This document shows, piece by piece, positions 1 to 9,778 of a stretch of DNA of 64,000 nt. A model generated the notes under the pieces. It did no database searches. It was not told the origin of the DNA and worked only from the letters and a program-made list of their open reading frames with translations. The translations under genes were made by a program, and so were the position numbers. The DNA comes from an uncultured Acidobacteriota bacterium. Lineage in GTDB: Bacteria; Acidobacteriota; Thermoanaerobaculia; Multivoradales; UBA5704. The stretch is from positions 2,912,001 through 2,976,000 of the forward strand of contig CAVYRF010000002.1 of the NCBI GenBank assembly GCA_963770895.1, in the 5' to 3' direction. Position 1 is the stretch's first letter, and the number at the start of each line of letters is the position of its first letter.

Positions 1-198
1 GAGCCCGACCCGCTCACCGAGCGCGAGCGCCAGGTCCTCCGCCTGGCGGGCGTCGGGCTCTCCACCGCCGCCGTGGCGGGCCAGCTCCACCTGTCCGAAG
101 GGACCGTGCGCAACTACCTGTCCGAAGCCATCGGCAAGCTGCACGCCACCAACCGCGTCGACGCCGCGCGCATCGCCCGCGACCGGGGCTGGCTCTGA
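1..198 (+). CDS. NarL/DesR-family response regulator, C-terminal LuxR HTH (5' truncated by window)
   Basis: Frame 1 reads EPDPLTERERQVLRLAGVGLSTAAVAGQLHLSEGTVRNYLSEAIGKLHATNRVDAARIARDRGWL*, a typical LuxR-type HTH. Confidence 0.9.
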   Translation, partial: EPDPLTERERQVLRLAGVGLSTAAVAGQLHLSEGTVRNYLSEAIGKLHATNRVDAARIARDRGWL

Positions 199-1328
199 CC
201 GCTGCAGAGGGCGCGTGCCTGCGGGTCTGGCGGGCCGACCGCGGCGACGCCCGGCAGCGGCTCGACCTGGCCCTGGTGCGCCACCTGGCTGGCGTGGAGG
301 AGGCCTCCCGCAGCCGGCTGCAAGGTTGGATCGGCGCCGGGCAGGTGCGGGTCAACGGTCGGGTCGCGCGGCGGGCGGCCGAGAGGCTGGCGGTGGGGGA
401 CCAGGTGGAGGTGGTGCTGCCGGCGCCGCCGCCGGCGCGCCAGCCGCCGGTGGCGCAGCCGCTGCCGCTCGCCATCCTCTACGAAGACCAGCACCTTTTG
501 GTGTTGGACAAGCCGGCGGGCCTGGTCGTGCATCCCGCCTGCGGCCATCGCGACGGCACGCTGGTCAACGCCGTCGCCTGGCATCTGCTCGCCGGCGCTG
601 GCGACGGCAGCAATGGTGACGGCAGCAATGGTGACGGCAGCAATGGCGACGCCGGCGGCGGCAGCGCCAGCGACCCGGAAGAGGGCGCGTCGGCGGCCGA
701 GATGCGGCCGGGCCTGGTCAGCCGCCTGGACCGCGACACCTCGGGAGTCCTGCTGGTGGCCAAGACCCGAGCCGCCCACGCCGGCCTGGCGCGGGCGGTG
801 GCGGTGCGCACGCTGCGCAAGGACTACCTGGCCGTGGTCTACGGCCGGGCGCCGCTCAGCAAGGGCCGCATCGAGCTGCGGTTGCAGCGCGATCCCGGCG
901 ACCGCCGCCGCATGGTGGCGACGCGCGGCGAGGGGCTGACCGCGGTCACCCTCTACGAGCTGCTGGCCGAAGCGGGTTCGCCGGGCGACGGCGGCTGGCT
1001 GTCGCTGCTCGCGTGCCGGCTGGTGACCGGCCGCACCCACCAGATCCGCGTGCACCTGGCGGCCAGCGGCCTGCCGATCGTCGGCGACCGCATCTACGGC
1101 GAGCCGCGCCACCGCGGTATCGGCGATCCGGCGCTCGCCGCCCTCTGCCGCGACTTTCCGCGCCAGGCCCTGCACGCCTGGCGGCTCACCCTGCGCCACC
1201 CCGTCGGCGGTCAGACGCTCGCTTTCGAGGCCCCCCTGCCGGCCGATCTGCGCCGCCTGTGCGCCGGCGCCAGCGCCGCTGCGGACGGCGGCGCGCGGGA
1301 TGCCTGGATGCCTGCCCTCGACGGCTGA
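195..1328 (+). CDS. rluD: RluA/RluD-family pseudouridine synthase
   Basis: S4-like QRLD..., ILYED, DKPAGLVVHP, catalytic SRLDRDTSG, TGRTHQIRVHLA, IVGD..YG, RQALHA. Conserved sequence extends upstream of GTG 276; start placed at CTG 195 overlapping the upstream TGA (uncertain). Confidence 0.88.
   Translation: MTAAEGACLRVWRADRGDARQRLDLALVRHLAGVEEASRSRLQGWIGAGQVRVNGRVARRAAERLAVGDQVEVVLPAPPPARQPPVAQPLPLAILYEDQHLLVLDKPAGLVVHPACGHRDGTLVNAVAWHLLAGAGDGSNGDGSNGDGSNGDAGGGSASDPEEGASAAEMRPGLVSRLDRDTSGVLLVAKTRAAHAGLARAVAVRTLRKDYLAVVYGRAPLSKGRIELRLQRDPGDRRRMVATRGEGLTAVTLYELLAEAGSPGDGGWLSLLACRLVTGRTHQIRVHLAASGLPIVGDRIYGEPRHRGIGDPALAALCRDFPRQALHAWRLTLRHPVGGQTLAFEAPLPADLRRLCAGASAAADGGARDAWMPALDG
600..650 (+). 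repeat. 15-bp tandem repeat x3 (GDGSN) inside rluD
   Basis: ggcgacggcagcaat / ggtgacggcagcaat / ggtgacggcagcaat / ggcgac. Confidence 0.9.
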
Positions 1329-1491
1329 GGCGGCGGTGCTCCCTGCCGGGAGTGCCGGGCCAGGCGACAGCCCCGGCCGATCTGCCGGTTGGCAACGCCG
1401 CGCTTCAGCGTGGAGCCTGGCATGGCTTGCCTGTTTGCCGGATGCGGACCGGCTGCGGCGGGCGCCGGCAGCGCGTGAGAGAATTACGCCG

Positions 1492-2202
1492 ATGCAGAAC
1501 CCGCCTTTTGAGGTCCGCCTGTCTCTGGCCGGCTGGAGTCTTCTTTGGGTGCGGCTCCGCCTGGCGCCGGCGGCCGACGGCGTAGAGGCGCCGGCGGCAG
1601 GCGGAGCGAGCGGCGCCGATCGGCTGGCCGACGGCTTGGTGTCGGTGCGGGCGCAGGTGGCGGCGCGGGCGCGCCAGCGGTTGGGTGGCGACGCAGGACG
1701 CCTGGCGCAGGAGCCCGTGCCGGCGGCGGTGCGGGCGCTGTTCCGGGCTGCCGGATGCGATCCGACGCGCTACCGCCCATCGTCCGAGGCGCTGCTGCGG
1801 CGGCTGCTGAAGGGCGAGGAGCTGCCGGTCATCCAACCCCTGGTGGACCTGAACAACTGCCTGTCGGTGCAGCTGGCCGTGCCGTGCGGCATGGTGGCCG
1901 GCGACATCCTGGCCCCCCCGGTCGAGCTGCGCGCCGGCACGCCGGGGGAGGAATTCGCGTCGCTGCGCGGCCCCTTCAACCTGGCCGGCAAGCCGCTGCT
2001 GGCGGACGCCGGAGGCCCGCTCGGCACGCCGATCACCGACGGCGAGCGCGGCCAGATCCGCGCCGCAACCCGGCACGCCTGGCTGATCGCCTACCTGCCG
2101 GCCGCCCTCATCCCGCCTGAGGCGGCCCTCACCTGCCTGCAAACGCTGCTCGCCGCCGCCCCTGTGGCAACCGTGGAGCTGGCCGCCGCCTCGCCGGGCT
2201 GA
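1492..2202 (+). CDS. B3/B4 domain protein (PheT-like tRNA-editing domain)
   Basis: GCDPTRYRPSSEALLRRLLKG..LPVIQPLVDLNNCLS motif and D..GPLGTP.TD. Confidence 0.8.
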   Translation: MQNPPFEVRLSLAGWSLLWVRLRLAPAADGVEAPAAGGASGADRLADGLVSVRAQVAARARQRLGGDAGRLAQEPVPAAVRALFRAAGCDPTRYRPSSEALLRRLLKGEELPVIQPLVDLNNCLSVQLAVPCGMVAGDILAPPVELRAGTPGEEFASLRGPFNLAGKPLLADAGGPLGTPITDGERGQIRAATRHAWLIAYLPAALIPPEAALTCLQTLLAAAPVATVELAAASPG

Positions 2203-2208
2203 TCCGCC

Positions 2209-2463
2209 GTGCCTTTCGTCTACCTGCTGCGTTGCAGCGACGGCACCTTCTATGCCGGTGCTGCCGTCGACGTGGCGCGGCGGCTGGCAGCGCACCTCGC
2301 GGGGCGGGCCTCGCGCTACACGCGCGGCCGGCTCCCGGTCGAGCTGGCCTGGTGCCAGGAGGTCGACAGCTGGGGCGCCGCGCTGCGCCTGGAGCGGCGC
2401 ATCAAGCGCCTGCAACGCCCCGCCAAGGAACGGCTGGTCGCCGCCGGCCACCCGGTGGTCTAG
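2209..2463 (+). CDS. GIY-YIG nuclease family protein (UPF0213-like)
   Basis: FVYLLRCSDGTFYAG...RRL..H..G.ASRYTRGR.PVEL...ALRLERRIK. Confidence 0.88.
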   Translation: MPFVYLLRCSDGTFYAGAAVDVARRLAAHLAGRASRYTRGRLPVELAWCQEVDSWGAALRLERRIKRLQRPAKERLVAAGHPVV

Positions 2464-3527
2464 CGGGCGGTGGTCTGGCCGGGCTCGTACTTCCAGGCGG
2501 TCAGGGTGCTGGCGCCGTCGGCGAAGCGGGTGTCGACGTAATCGGCAAAGTCGATGCGGCGGTCCAGGACGCCGGCCTGGATCATGAGGTCGCGCACCAG
2601 GTCGAAGTCGCCCTTACGCGGTGCCAGGCGGGTGTAGACGACGCGTTGCAGGTCGCGGGTGAGGGCCCAGCGCAGCAGGTCCGGCGGCTGGCTGTAGTAG
2701 TAGCGGCCGACAAAATCGGCGGCGTCGTCGCGGTGGGGGCGCCCCTGGTCCAGCCACAGGCCGGAGCGGGCGATACCGTCCACCAGCACCTGCACGGCCT
2801 GCGGGCGGCGATCGATCAGGTCGTCGCGCACCACCAGCACGCACGACATGTAGTCGGGCCAGTACTCCTGGGCCTTGAACAGCGTGCGGCCGAAGCCCGC
2901 GATCTCGGCTTGCGAGGGGAATGGCTCGCCCATCGAGAAGGCGTCGATGGCCGCCACGGCGAGCGCGCCCACCACGTCGGGCGGCGCCATCTCGACGATG
3001 TGCACGTCCTTGCGGCTCAGGCCGTGCTGCGCCAGGGCGCGCAGCAGGATGAGGTATTCGTCCGAGAAGCGGCTGGGGATGGCGATGGTCTTGCCGGCCA
3101 GGTCGGCGACCGCATGCACCGGGCCGTCCTTGCGCACCACCACCGCGCTGCCGTAGCGGTGGCCCAGGTAGACCACCTTGATCGGCACCCCCTGGGCGCG
3201 CAGCGCGATGGCGAGCGGCGCCACCAGGAAGCCGGCCTGGATGCGATCGGCGATCAGCGCCTCCTTGATTTCGGGGAAGCCCTGAAACTTCTTCGGGATG
3301 AAAAGGTTCCCATCCAGCGAATAGTGCGAAATGTAATCGGTCACCGGACAGGTGAGGTGGCAGGTGACCGGGATGTAGGCGACGTTGAGCTTGCGCTGCC
3401 CGGCCGGCCGCCATTCGTTGAGCAGTGCCGACCAGTTGACGTTCAGCCACAGGTGCGCCGCGGTGACGGCCACCAGCCACACGGCAATCAGGGCGAACAC
3501 CACCCGCCGCGGCCGGCGCGCGCTCAC
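2460..3527 (-). CDS. ABC transporter substrate-binding protein (NMT1/CmpA-like, nitrate/sulfonate type)
   Basis: C-terminal part of ORF 2460..5285; GTG at 3527 overlaps the permease stop; N-terminal TM anchor, LAGKTIAIP, MAPPD, GEPFP motifs. Confidence 0.82.
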   Translation of the reverse strand: MSARRPRRVVFALIAVWLVAVTAAHLWLNVNWSALLNEWRPAGQRKLNVAYIPVTCHLTCPVTDYISHYSLDGNLFIPKKFQGFPEIKEALIADRIQAGFLVAPLAIALRAQGVPIKVVYLGHRYGSAVVVRKDGPVHAVADLAGKTIAIPSRFSDEYLILLRALAQHGLSRKDVHIVEMAPPDVVGALAVAAIDAFSMGEPFPSQAEIAGFGRTLFKAQEYWPDYMSCVLVVRDDLIDRRPQAVQVLVDGIARSGLWLDQGRPHRDDAADFVGRYYYSQPPDLLRWALTRDLQRVVYTRLAPRKGDFDLVRDLMIQAGVLDRRIDFADYVDTRFADGASTLTAWKYEPGQTTAR

Positions 3528-4321
3528 CGCCGCCCCTCCGCCAGGAAACCCCAGCGCACCGGCCGCAGGCGCTCGACGCGGCGCGCCGCCAGGTCCAGCA
3601 GCAGGCCGATGGCGCCGATCAGCAGGATCGCCGCCAGGACCAGGTCGTAGCGCTTGCCGGCGTTGCGCGCGTCGATGATCAGGTAGCCCAGGCCGGAGTC
3701 GATGGCGATCATCTCCGCCGCCACCACCACCAGCCATGCCACGCCGAGCGCCACGCGCAGCCCCACCAGCACCCGCGGCAGCGCCGCCGGCAGCACCACG
3801 CGCGCCAGCACGGCGGCGGGCGACAGGCCGAAATTGCGCGCCGCCTGCACGTACACCCGCGGCACGCTCTGCACGCCGGCCATCGCCGCGACCACGATCG
3901 GGAAGACGGCGGCCAGAAAGATCAGGAACACCGCGGCAACGTTGCTGATGCCGAACAGCACGATGGCGACCGGGATCCAGGCCAGCGGGCTGATCGGCCG
4001 CAGCAGCTGTACCAGCGGATTGCAAACCTTTTCCAGCCGCGCCCACCAACCCATGGCGAGGCCCGCCGGCAGGCCGACCGCGAGCGCCGCGCCGTAGCCG
4101 CCGGCGACCCGCAGCAGCGAGTCCAGCACGTACCTGCCCAGCACGCCGCGGCGGCGCAGCTCGCCGAAGGCGCGCACCACCGCGAGCGGCGGCGGGAACA
4201 CCTTGTGCTGCGCGTGCTCCGCGGCCAGCTGCCAGAGCGCCACCACCGCCGCCGCCGCCGCGACCGGCAGCGCCACGGCCAACAGGCGATCCTGCCAGGG
4301 CGTGCGGTCGGGGTCGGTCAT
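3524..4321 (-). CDS. ABC transporter permease (SsuC/NrtB-like)
   Basis: LLRPISPLAWIP, AARNFG (EAA loop), VVAAEMI..SGLGYLI. Confidence 0.9.
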   Translation of the reverse strand: MTDPDRTPWQDRLLAVALPVAAAAAVVALWQLAAEHAQHKVFPPPLAVVRAFGELRRRGVLGRYVLDSLLRVAGGYGAALAVGLPAGLAMGWWARLEKVCNPLVQLLRPISPLAWIPVAIVLFGISNVAAVFLIFLAAVFPIVVAAMAGVQSVPRVYVQAARNFGLSPAAVLARVVLPAALPRVLVGLRVALGVAWLVVVAAEMIAIDSGLGYLIIDARNAGKRYDLVLAAILLIGAIGLLLDLAARRVERLRPVRWGFLAEGRR

Positions 4322-4345
4322 GTCCGGTCGGTCCTGGCTGCCGCG

Positions 4346-5191
4346 TCAGACCCGGTGCGACAAGCCGATTTCGGCGAAGATGCCGTCGCGCAGCTCCAGG
4401 TAGCGGCGCGAGCTCAGGTCGCGCGGGTGGGGGATGTCGATCTCGACGATCCGCCGCACGCGCGACGGCCGCTGCGACAACACCACCACCCGGTCGGCCA
4501 GCTGCACCGCCTCTTCGATGTCGTGGGTGACAAACAGAATCGTCTTGCGCGCGGCCTCCTGCCAGATCCGCAGCAGCTCCCGCCGCATCGTCAGGCGCGT
4601 GATCGAGTCCAGGGCGCCGAAAGGCTCGTCCATGAACAGCATGTCGGGGTCCACCGCCAGCGCCCGCGCCACTTCGACGCGCTGCTTCATGCCGCCCGAC
4701 AGCTCGTGCGGATAGGCCTCCTGGAACCCTTCCAGGCCGACCAGGCGCACCAGGCGCCCCACCGTCTCTTCCCGCTCCGCCACCGGCCGCCCCGCCAGGC
4801 CGAACGCGATGTTGCCGGCGACCGTCAGCCAGGGAAAGATCCCCTGCTCCTGGAACACCCGGATGCGTCGCGGGTCCGGCCCGCGCACCTGCTCGCCGTC
4901 GATCCGCACGCTGCCGGCGTCGGGCCGCAAGAAGCCGCCGATCACGTTGAGCAACGTCGTCTTGCCGCACCCCGACGCCCCCACCAGGCAGACCAGCTGG
5001 CCCGCGGCCACGGCCAAGTCGACGCCGTCGAGCACCGGCGTCACCGCCCCCCGCGTGCCGAAGGAGACGCGCACCCCGGCGACCTCCAGCTTGACCCGCG
5101 CCGCGTCCGCCGCGCCCGCAACGCCCGGCGCGTCCGCAACGCCCGGCGCGTCCGGCAGGCCCTGCGCCCCGGGACCGGCGGCGCCGCTCAT
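4346..5191 (-). CDS. ABC transporter ATP-binding protein (SsuB/NrtD-like)
   Basis: GASGCGKT, LSGGMKQR, MDEPFGALD, FVTHDIEEA; start at ATG 5191 (MSGAAGP). Confidence 0.9.
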   Translation of the reverse strand: MSGAAGPGAQGLPDAPGVADAPGVAGAADAARVKLEVAGVRVSFGTRGAVTPVLDGVDLAVAAGQLVCLVGASGCGKTTLLNVIGGFLRPDAGSVRIDGEQVRGPDPRRIRVFQEQGIFPWLTVAGNIAFGLAGRPVAEREETVGRLVRLVGLEGFQEAYPHELSGGMKQRVEVARALAVDPDMLFMDEPFGALDSITRLTMRRELLRIWQEAARKTILFVTHDIEEAVQLADRVVVLSQRPSRVRRIVEIDIPHPRDLSSRRYLELRDGIFAEIGLSHRV

Positions 5192-5985
5192 CGCGTCCCC
5201 CCTTGCCAGCCCGAATGGCCCCACTGCAGCGCCGGCAGGCGTTCCAGGCGGCGGACCCCCAGGTCGAGCAGCAGCCCCGCCGCACCGATCAGCACCATGC
5301 CCGCCACCACCAGGTCGTAGCGATTGCCGGCGTTGCGGGCATCCACGATCAGGAACCCCAGCCCCGAGCTGACCGCGATCATCTCCGCCGCCACCACCAC
5401 CAGCCAGGCGATGCCGAGCGTCAGCCGCATGCCCAGCACCAGGTCGGGCATCAGTGCCGGCAGGATCACCGCCCGCACCAGCCGCCCCCCCTGCAACCCG
5501 AAGTTGCGCCCCGCCTGGAGATAGACCGGCGGAATCCGCCGCACGCCGTTGCGCACCGCCAGCGTCAGCGGCAGGAACGACGCGACAAAGATGATCGCGA
5601 TCGCCGCCAGGTCGCCCACCCCCAGCCACAGGATCGAAAACGGGATCCACGCCAGCGGCGACACCGGCCGCAGCAGCTCCAGAAGAGGTGTGGCAGCCAT
5701 CTCCCCATATCTGTGCCGCCCCAGCCAGATTCCGACCGGCACCGCCAGCGCCACCGCCGGCACATACCCCCACGTCACCCGGAACAGCGACGCCACCAGG
5801 TGCCGCACCAGCGCCCCCGACCGCGCCAGCTGCACGATCGCCCGCCCCACCTCCAGCGGCCCCGGCAGCAGCCCCCCGGGCGCCGCCCGCACCGCCAGCC
5901 ACCACACCGCCAGCATGCCGCCCAGCCCAGCACACCCCAACACCCAGCCAGGCAGCGAACGCATTCGGGCGGCAGAGGTTTCCAT
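5188..5985 (-). CDS. ABC transporter permease (second paralog)
   Basis: LLRPVSPLAWIP, QAGRNFG, VVAAEMIAVSSGLGFLI. Confidence 0.9.
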   Translation of the reverse strand: METSAARMRSLPGWVLGCAGLGGMLAVWWLAVRAAPGGLLPGPLEVGRAIVQLARSGALVRHLVASLFRVTWGYVPAVALAVPVGIWLGRHRYGEMAATPLLELLRPVSPLAWIPFSILWLGVGDLAAIAIIFVASFLPLTLAVRNGVRRIPPVYLQAGRNFGLQGGRLVRAVILPALMPDLVLGMRLTLGIAWLVVVAAEMIAVSSGLGFLIVDARNAGNRYDLVVAGMVLIGAAGLLLDLGVRRLERLPALQWGHSGWQGGTR

Positions 5986-6103
5986 GGACGGGGCCTAGAG
6001 AAGGGGATGGTATCGCTCGCTGAGCGTCGCCGCCCGCGGCAACGAGAGCGCCCGGATCAGCGGATTGTCTGGCACAGTGTCGCGATGCGCGCCCATTTGA
6101 CGG

Positions 6104-6129
6104 AATGCTAACACCTTTGGGCAGGTGTT
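6104..6129 (-). promoter_or_regulatory. Palindromic operator-like site with adjacent -10-like hexamer upstream of ABC importer operon
   Basis: AACACCT-N6-AGGTGTT inverted repeat (6110-6129); on the minus strand TAGCAT follows immediately. Confidence 0.4.
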
Positions 6130-6297
6130 CGCAGGCGCTGGAGCGGGTCACACCCTCCCCCCGTCGGCCAGGGTCGCCGGCGACCCGCAGACCGGCGTTG
6201 GCCGCCGCACGAGCGGGCCATGAAGCCGTTCAGCCTCGGCGATGGCCTGGCCGTCGTCTGCAATATCTGCATTCCTGCCGTGCGGTAAAATAGCCGC

Positions 6298-9200
6298 ATG
6301 CCAGACCACGGCGGGAGGCTCGCGATCGTTGTGCGGGGGACCGAGATCGTGGGCACCGACCCGCCTCGGCTTGCCCGGCAGAAGCTGGCGCGGATCACCT
6401 TGGATTCGATGGTTCAATTCGTCGGGCTGTTGGATGCGCAGGGTACGGTGCTGGAGATCAACAAGGTGGCGCTCGACGCCGTGGGGGTCGAACTCGCCGA
6501 GGTCGAGGGGAAGCCGTTTTGGACCACCTTCTGGTGGCAGGTGTCGGATGAGATCCGGGCGATCCTGCGGGAGTCGATCGCGCGCGCGGCGCAGGGCGAG
6601 TTCGTGCGCTGGGATACGGAGATCTACGGGCGCGCTGGCGGCAAGGAGACGATCGTCATCGACGCCTCGCTTTGCCCGGTGGCGGATGACGATGGCAATG
6701 TCGTGTTCATCTGTGCCGAGGGCCGCGACATCACGGCGAAAAAGGCGCAGGAGCGGGAGATCGCCGCGAAAAACGTCGAGCTGCAGGGGCTGCTCGAGCG
6801 CATTCGCGAGCTCGACGAGATCAAGACGCAGTTCTTTGCCAACGTGAGCCACGAGCTGCGCACGCCGCTGGCGCTCATCCTCGGCCCCGCGCAGCGGCTG
6901 AGTGACGACGACGGCACGATGGATCGCGCGCAGCGGCGCGAGTCGGCGCAGGTCGTGACGCGCAACGCGCGGATGCTGCTCAAGCACGTCAACGATCTGC
7001 TCGACATGTCGAAGCTCGAGGCCGGCAAGCTGAAGATCGAGCTGCAAGACGTCGACGTCGCCGCGCTGACGCGCTTCCTGGCGTCGCATTTCGCCGTCCT
7101 GGCCGACGAGCGCGGCATCGCTCTCACGGTCGACGCCGGCGAACCCTGCCCGGCGGCCGTCGATCCCGACAAGCTGCAGCGGGTGTTCATGAACCTGCTG
7201 GCGAACGCGTTCAAGTTCACCCCTGCGGGGGGCAGCGTGCGCTGCGCGCTGCAACGCTCCGCGCACGAGCTGCGCGTCACGGTCGACGATTCCGGTCCCG
7301 GGGTCGAGCCAAGTCTCCGCAAGGCCATTTTCGAGCGCTTCCGCCAGGGCGACGGCGGCAGCAATCGCAAAGTGGGCGGCACCGGGCTCGGTCTGGCGAT
7401 CGCGAAGGAGTTCGTCGAGATGCACCAGGGCCGGATCGAGGTGACGGACTCGGACCTGGGCGGCGCTCGCTTTGAGGTCATGTTGCCGCTGCACCGCACG
7501 ACTGCCGGTGCGCTGGCAGGCGCGGCCGGGCCTGAAGCCGGTGTCGCTCGCGATGTGCTCGACGGCTTGATTGCCGAGCTGCAGCCGAGCGATCCGCCTC
7601 GCGTGACCGCGCTCGCGGCCGCGGCCGCGAGCGCGACACCGGGCGCGGGCGTCCGGCCGCGCATCCTGGTGGTGGAAGACAACGCGGATATGAACCGCTT
7701 CGTCACCCAGTGCCTGGCCGCCGACTACGAGGTGATCTCCGCCTTCGACGGCGGCGAGGGGCTGGAGATGGCGCTGCGCTTCCTCCCTGCGCTCGTCGTC
7801 TCCGACATCATGATGCCGAAGGTTAGCGGCGACGAGATGGTCGCCAGGATGCGCCAGCAGCCGGAGCTGCGGCAGACGCCGATCCTGCTGCTCTCCGCCA
7901 AGGCCGACGAGGCTTTGATGGTGAAGCTGCTTGACAGCGGCGCCCAGGACTTCATTGTGAAGCCGTTTTCCGAAAGGGATCTGGCGGTGCGCGTTCGCAA
8001 CCTTGTCCTGGCCCAGCAAGCGCGGAGCGAAACTGAGCTGCAAAAGCGGCTGCTGCATTCGCTTTTCATGCAGGCGCCGGCGCTGATCGCGGTGCTGCGT
8101 GGCCCGCAGCACCGGATCGAGCTGGCCAATCCGCCGATCTGCCAGGTTTGGGGCCACACCGAGCGCGAGGTAATGGGGCGGCCGTTTTTCGAGGTGATGG
8201 CCGAGCTGGGCGACCTGGAGTTCCCATCCCTGCTCGACAAGGTGTACCGCGAGGGCACCCCGTATGTCGGCAAGGAGACCCGCGTTACCTTCGACCGCGG
8301 CGAGGCCGGCACCGAGACGCTATTCTTGAACTTCGTCTATTCCCCGTTGCGCAACGCGGGCGGCCAGATCGACGGCATCTTTGTCATCGCGTCCGACGTT
8401 ACGGAGCAGGTGGTGGCGCGCCAGCAGGTCGACGGCCTGCGCCAGGCCGCGGAAGCCGCCAGCCGCGCCAAGGACGAGTTCCTGGCGATGCTCGGTCACG
8501 AGCTGCGCAATCCGTTGTCGCCGGTGGTGACGGCGTTGGAGCTGATGAAACTGCAAGATCCGCACGGGTCGGAGCGGGCGCGGACCATCATCGAGCGCCA
8601 GGTGCACAACCTCATCCGCCTGGTGGACGACCTTCTCGACGTGTCGCGGATCGCCCGCGGCAAGGTGGAGCTGAAGACGGAAACGGTGGAGATCGCTGAG
8701 GTGCTGGCGGAGGCCATCGAGACCGCGAGCCCGCTGGTCGAGCAGCGCGCTCACACTTTGCGCGTCGAGGTGGCGGCGAGCGGCCTGAGCGTCAACGCCG
8801 ACACGACGCGGTTGAGCCAGGTGATCTCGAACCTGCTGACGAATGCGGCGAAGTACACCCCGCCGGGAGGCGAGATCGCGGTCGCGGCGGCGCGGCTCGG
8901 CGACGAAGTCGTGCTGCGCGTTCGCGACACGGGCATCGGCATCGCGCCGGAGATTTTGCCGCACATCTTCGATCTCTTCGTGCAGGATCGCCAGACCGTC
9001 GAGCGTGCGCAGGGCGGGCTGGGCATTGGGTTGACGATCGTGCGCAATCTCGTCGAGCGGCACGGTGGCTCGGTGTCTGCGCATAGCGCCGGGCCGGGGC
9101 TAGGCAGCGAGTTCGTCGTGCGCCTGCCGGCGTCCGTCGCGACCGCCGATCCAGCCGGTGCGCTCCAGGCGCCGACGGGTCCGCCAGACGCGGTCTTGCG

Positions 9201-9573
9201 CGCGGGGGCGCCGCGCGTCCTGGTCGTCGACGACAACGAGGACGCCGCGACGACGCTCGCCCAGCTGCTCGCCCACCTGGGCCACGACACGCGGGTGGCG
9301 CACGACGCGCCTGCCGCCCTGCGAATCGCCGCGGATTTTCTGCCGGATGTCGCCGTGGTCGACATCGGTTTGCCGGTGATGGACGGCTACGAGCTGGCCG
9401 CCCATTTGCGGGAGATGCCGGGCCTCGCGGACCTCCACCTGATCGCGCTCACCGGCTATAGCCAGGAGTCGGATCGTCGCAAGTCGCAGGCGGCCGGCTT
9501 TGATCACCACCTGGTAAAGCCCGTCGGCGTCGACGCCCTGGAAGCGGCGATGAGCGCCGCCAGTCGGCGCTAG
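6298..9573 (+). CDS. Hybrid sensor kinase PAS-HisKA-HATPase-REC-PAS-HisKA-HATPase-REC
   Basis: Two H-boxes (SHELRTPL, GHELRNPL), two N/G boxes (NLLANAFKFT/GTGLGL; NLLTNAAKYT/GLGIGL), two receiver domains (VSDIMMP; VVDIGLP). Confidence 0.93.
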   Translation: MPDHGGRLAIVVRGTEIVGTDPPRLARQKLARITLDSMVQFVGLLDAQGTVLEINKVALDAVGVELAEVEGKPFWTTFWWQVSDEIRAILRESIARAAQGEFVRWDTEIYGRAGGKETIVIDASLCPVADDDGNVVFICAEGRDITAKKAQEREIAAKNVELQGLLERIRELDEIKTQFFANVSHELRTPLALILGPAQRLSDDDGTMDRAQRRESAQVVTRNARMLLKHVNDLLDMSKLEAGKLKIELQDVDVAALTRFLASHFAVLADERGIALTVDAGEPCPAAVDPDKLQRVFMNLLANAFKFTPAGGSVRCALQRSAHELRVTVDDSGPGVEPSLRKAIFERFRQGDGGSNRKVGGTGLGLAIAKEFVEMHQGRIEVTDSDLGGARFEVMLPLHRTTAGALAGAAGPEAGVARDVLDGLIAELQPSDPPRVTALAAAAASATPGAGVRPRILVVEDNADMNRFVTQCLAADYEVISAFDGGEGLEMALRFLPALVVSDIMMPKVSGDEMVARMRQQPELRQTPILLLSAKADEALMVKLLDSGAQDFIVKPFSERDLAVRVRNLVLAQQARSETELQKRLLHSLFMQAPALIAVLRGPQHRIELANPPICQVWGHTEREVMGRPFFEVMAELGDLEFPSLLDKVYREGTPYVGKETRVTFDRGEAGTETLFLNFVYSPLRNAGGQIDGIFVIASDVTEQVVARQQVDGLRQAAEAASRAKDEFLAMLGHELRNPLSPVVTALELMKLQDPHGSERARTIIERQVHNLIRLVDDLLDVSRIARGKVELKTETVEIAEVLAEAIETASPLVEQRAHTLRVEVAASGLSVNADTTRLSQVISNLLTNAAKYTPPGGEIAVAAARLGDEVVLRVRDTGIGIAPEILPHIFDLFVQDRQTVERAQGGLGIGLTIVRNLVERHGGSVSAHSAGPGLGSEFVVRLPASVATADPAGALQAPTGPPDAVLRAGAPRVLVVDDNEDAATTLAQLLAHLGHDTRVAHDAPAALRIAADFLPDVAVVDIGLPVMDGYELAAHLREMPGLADLHLIALTGYSQESDRRKSQAAGFDHHLVKPVGVDALEAAMSAASRR

Positions 9574-9733
9574 CCCGGCTCGGCCAGGTTTTGGCAAGAC
9601 GCTTCGCCGTGGGCCCCCCGGCCCGATCGCGGTCGCGCCGCAGGCGCGCCGCGGTCGGGGCAACTCGTGCGCGGGCCGAGCCGGTTTTTCCCCTAGCGCC
9701 GCCGCAGTTTTCTCAAGCGCAGCCGTCCTCGGT

Positions 9734-9742
9734 TGCTATACT
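9734..9742 (+). promoter_or_regulatory. Extended -10 promoter of small peptide gene
   Basis: TGcTATACT, followed by RBS AAGGGGG shortly before ATG 9779. Confidence 0.55.
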
Positions 9743-9778
9743 GCGATCTTCCGTTCACTTTCTTTAAGGGGGATTTCC

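Noticed and set aside
2460-5285. 941-aa ORF as a fusion protein (likewise 58253..61840, 12244..14865, 32719..34731)
   Set aside because: N-terminal extensions are off-frame overlaps with neighbouring genes; true starts are internal.
5986-6240. Riboswitch (e.g. guanidine-I) upstream of the ABC importer
   Set aside because: I could not find the conserved ykkC or other riboswitch motifs on the minus strand by eye; an Rfam scan would be needed.
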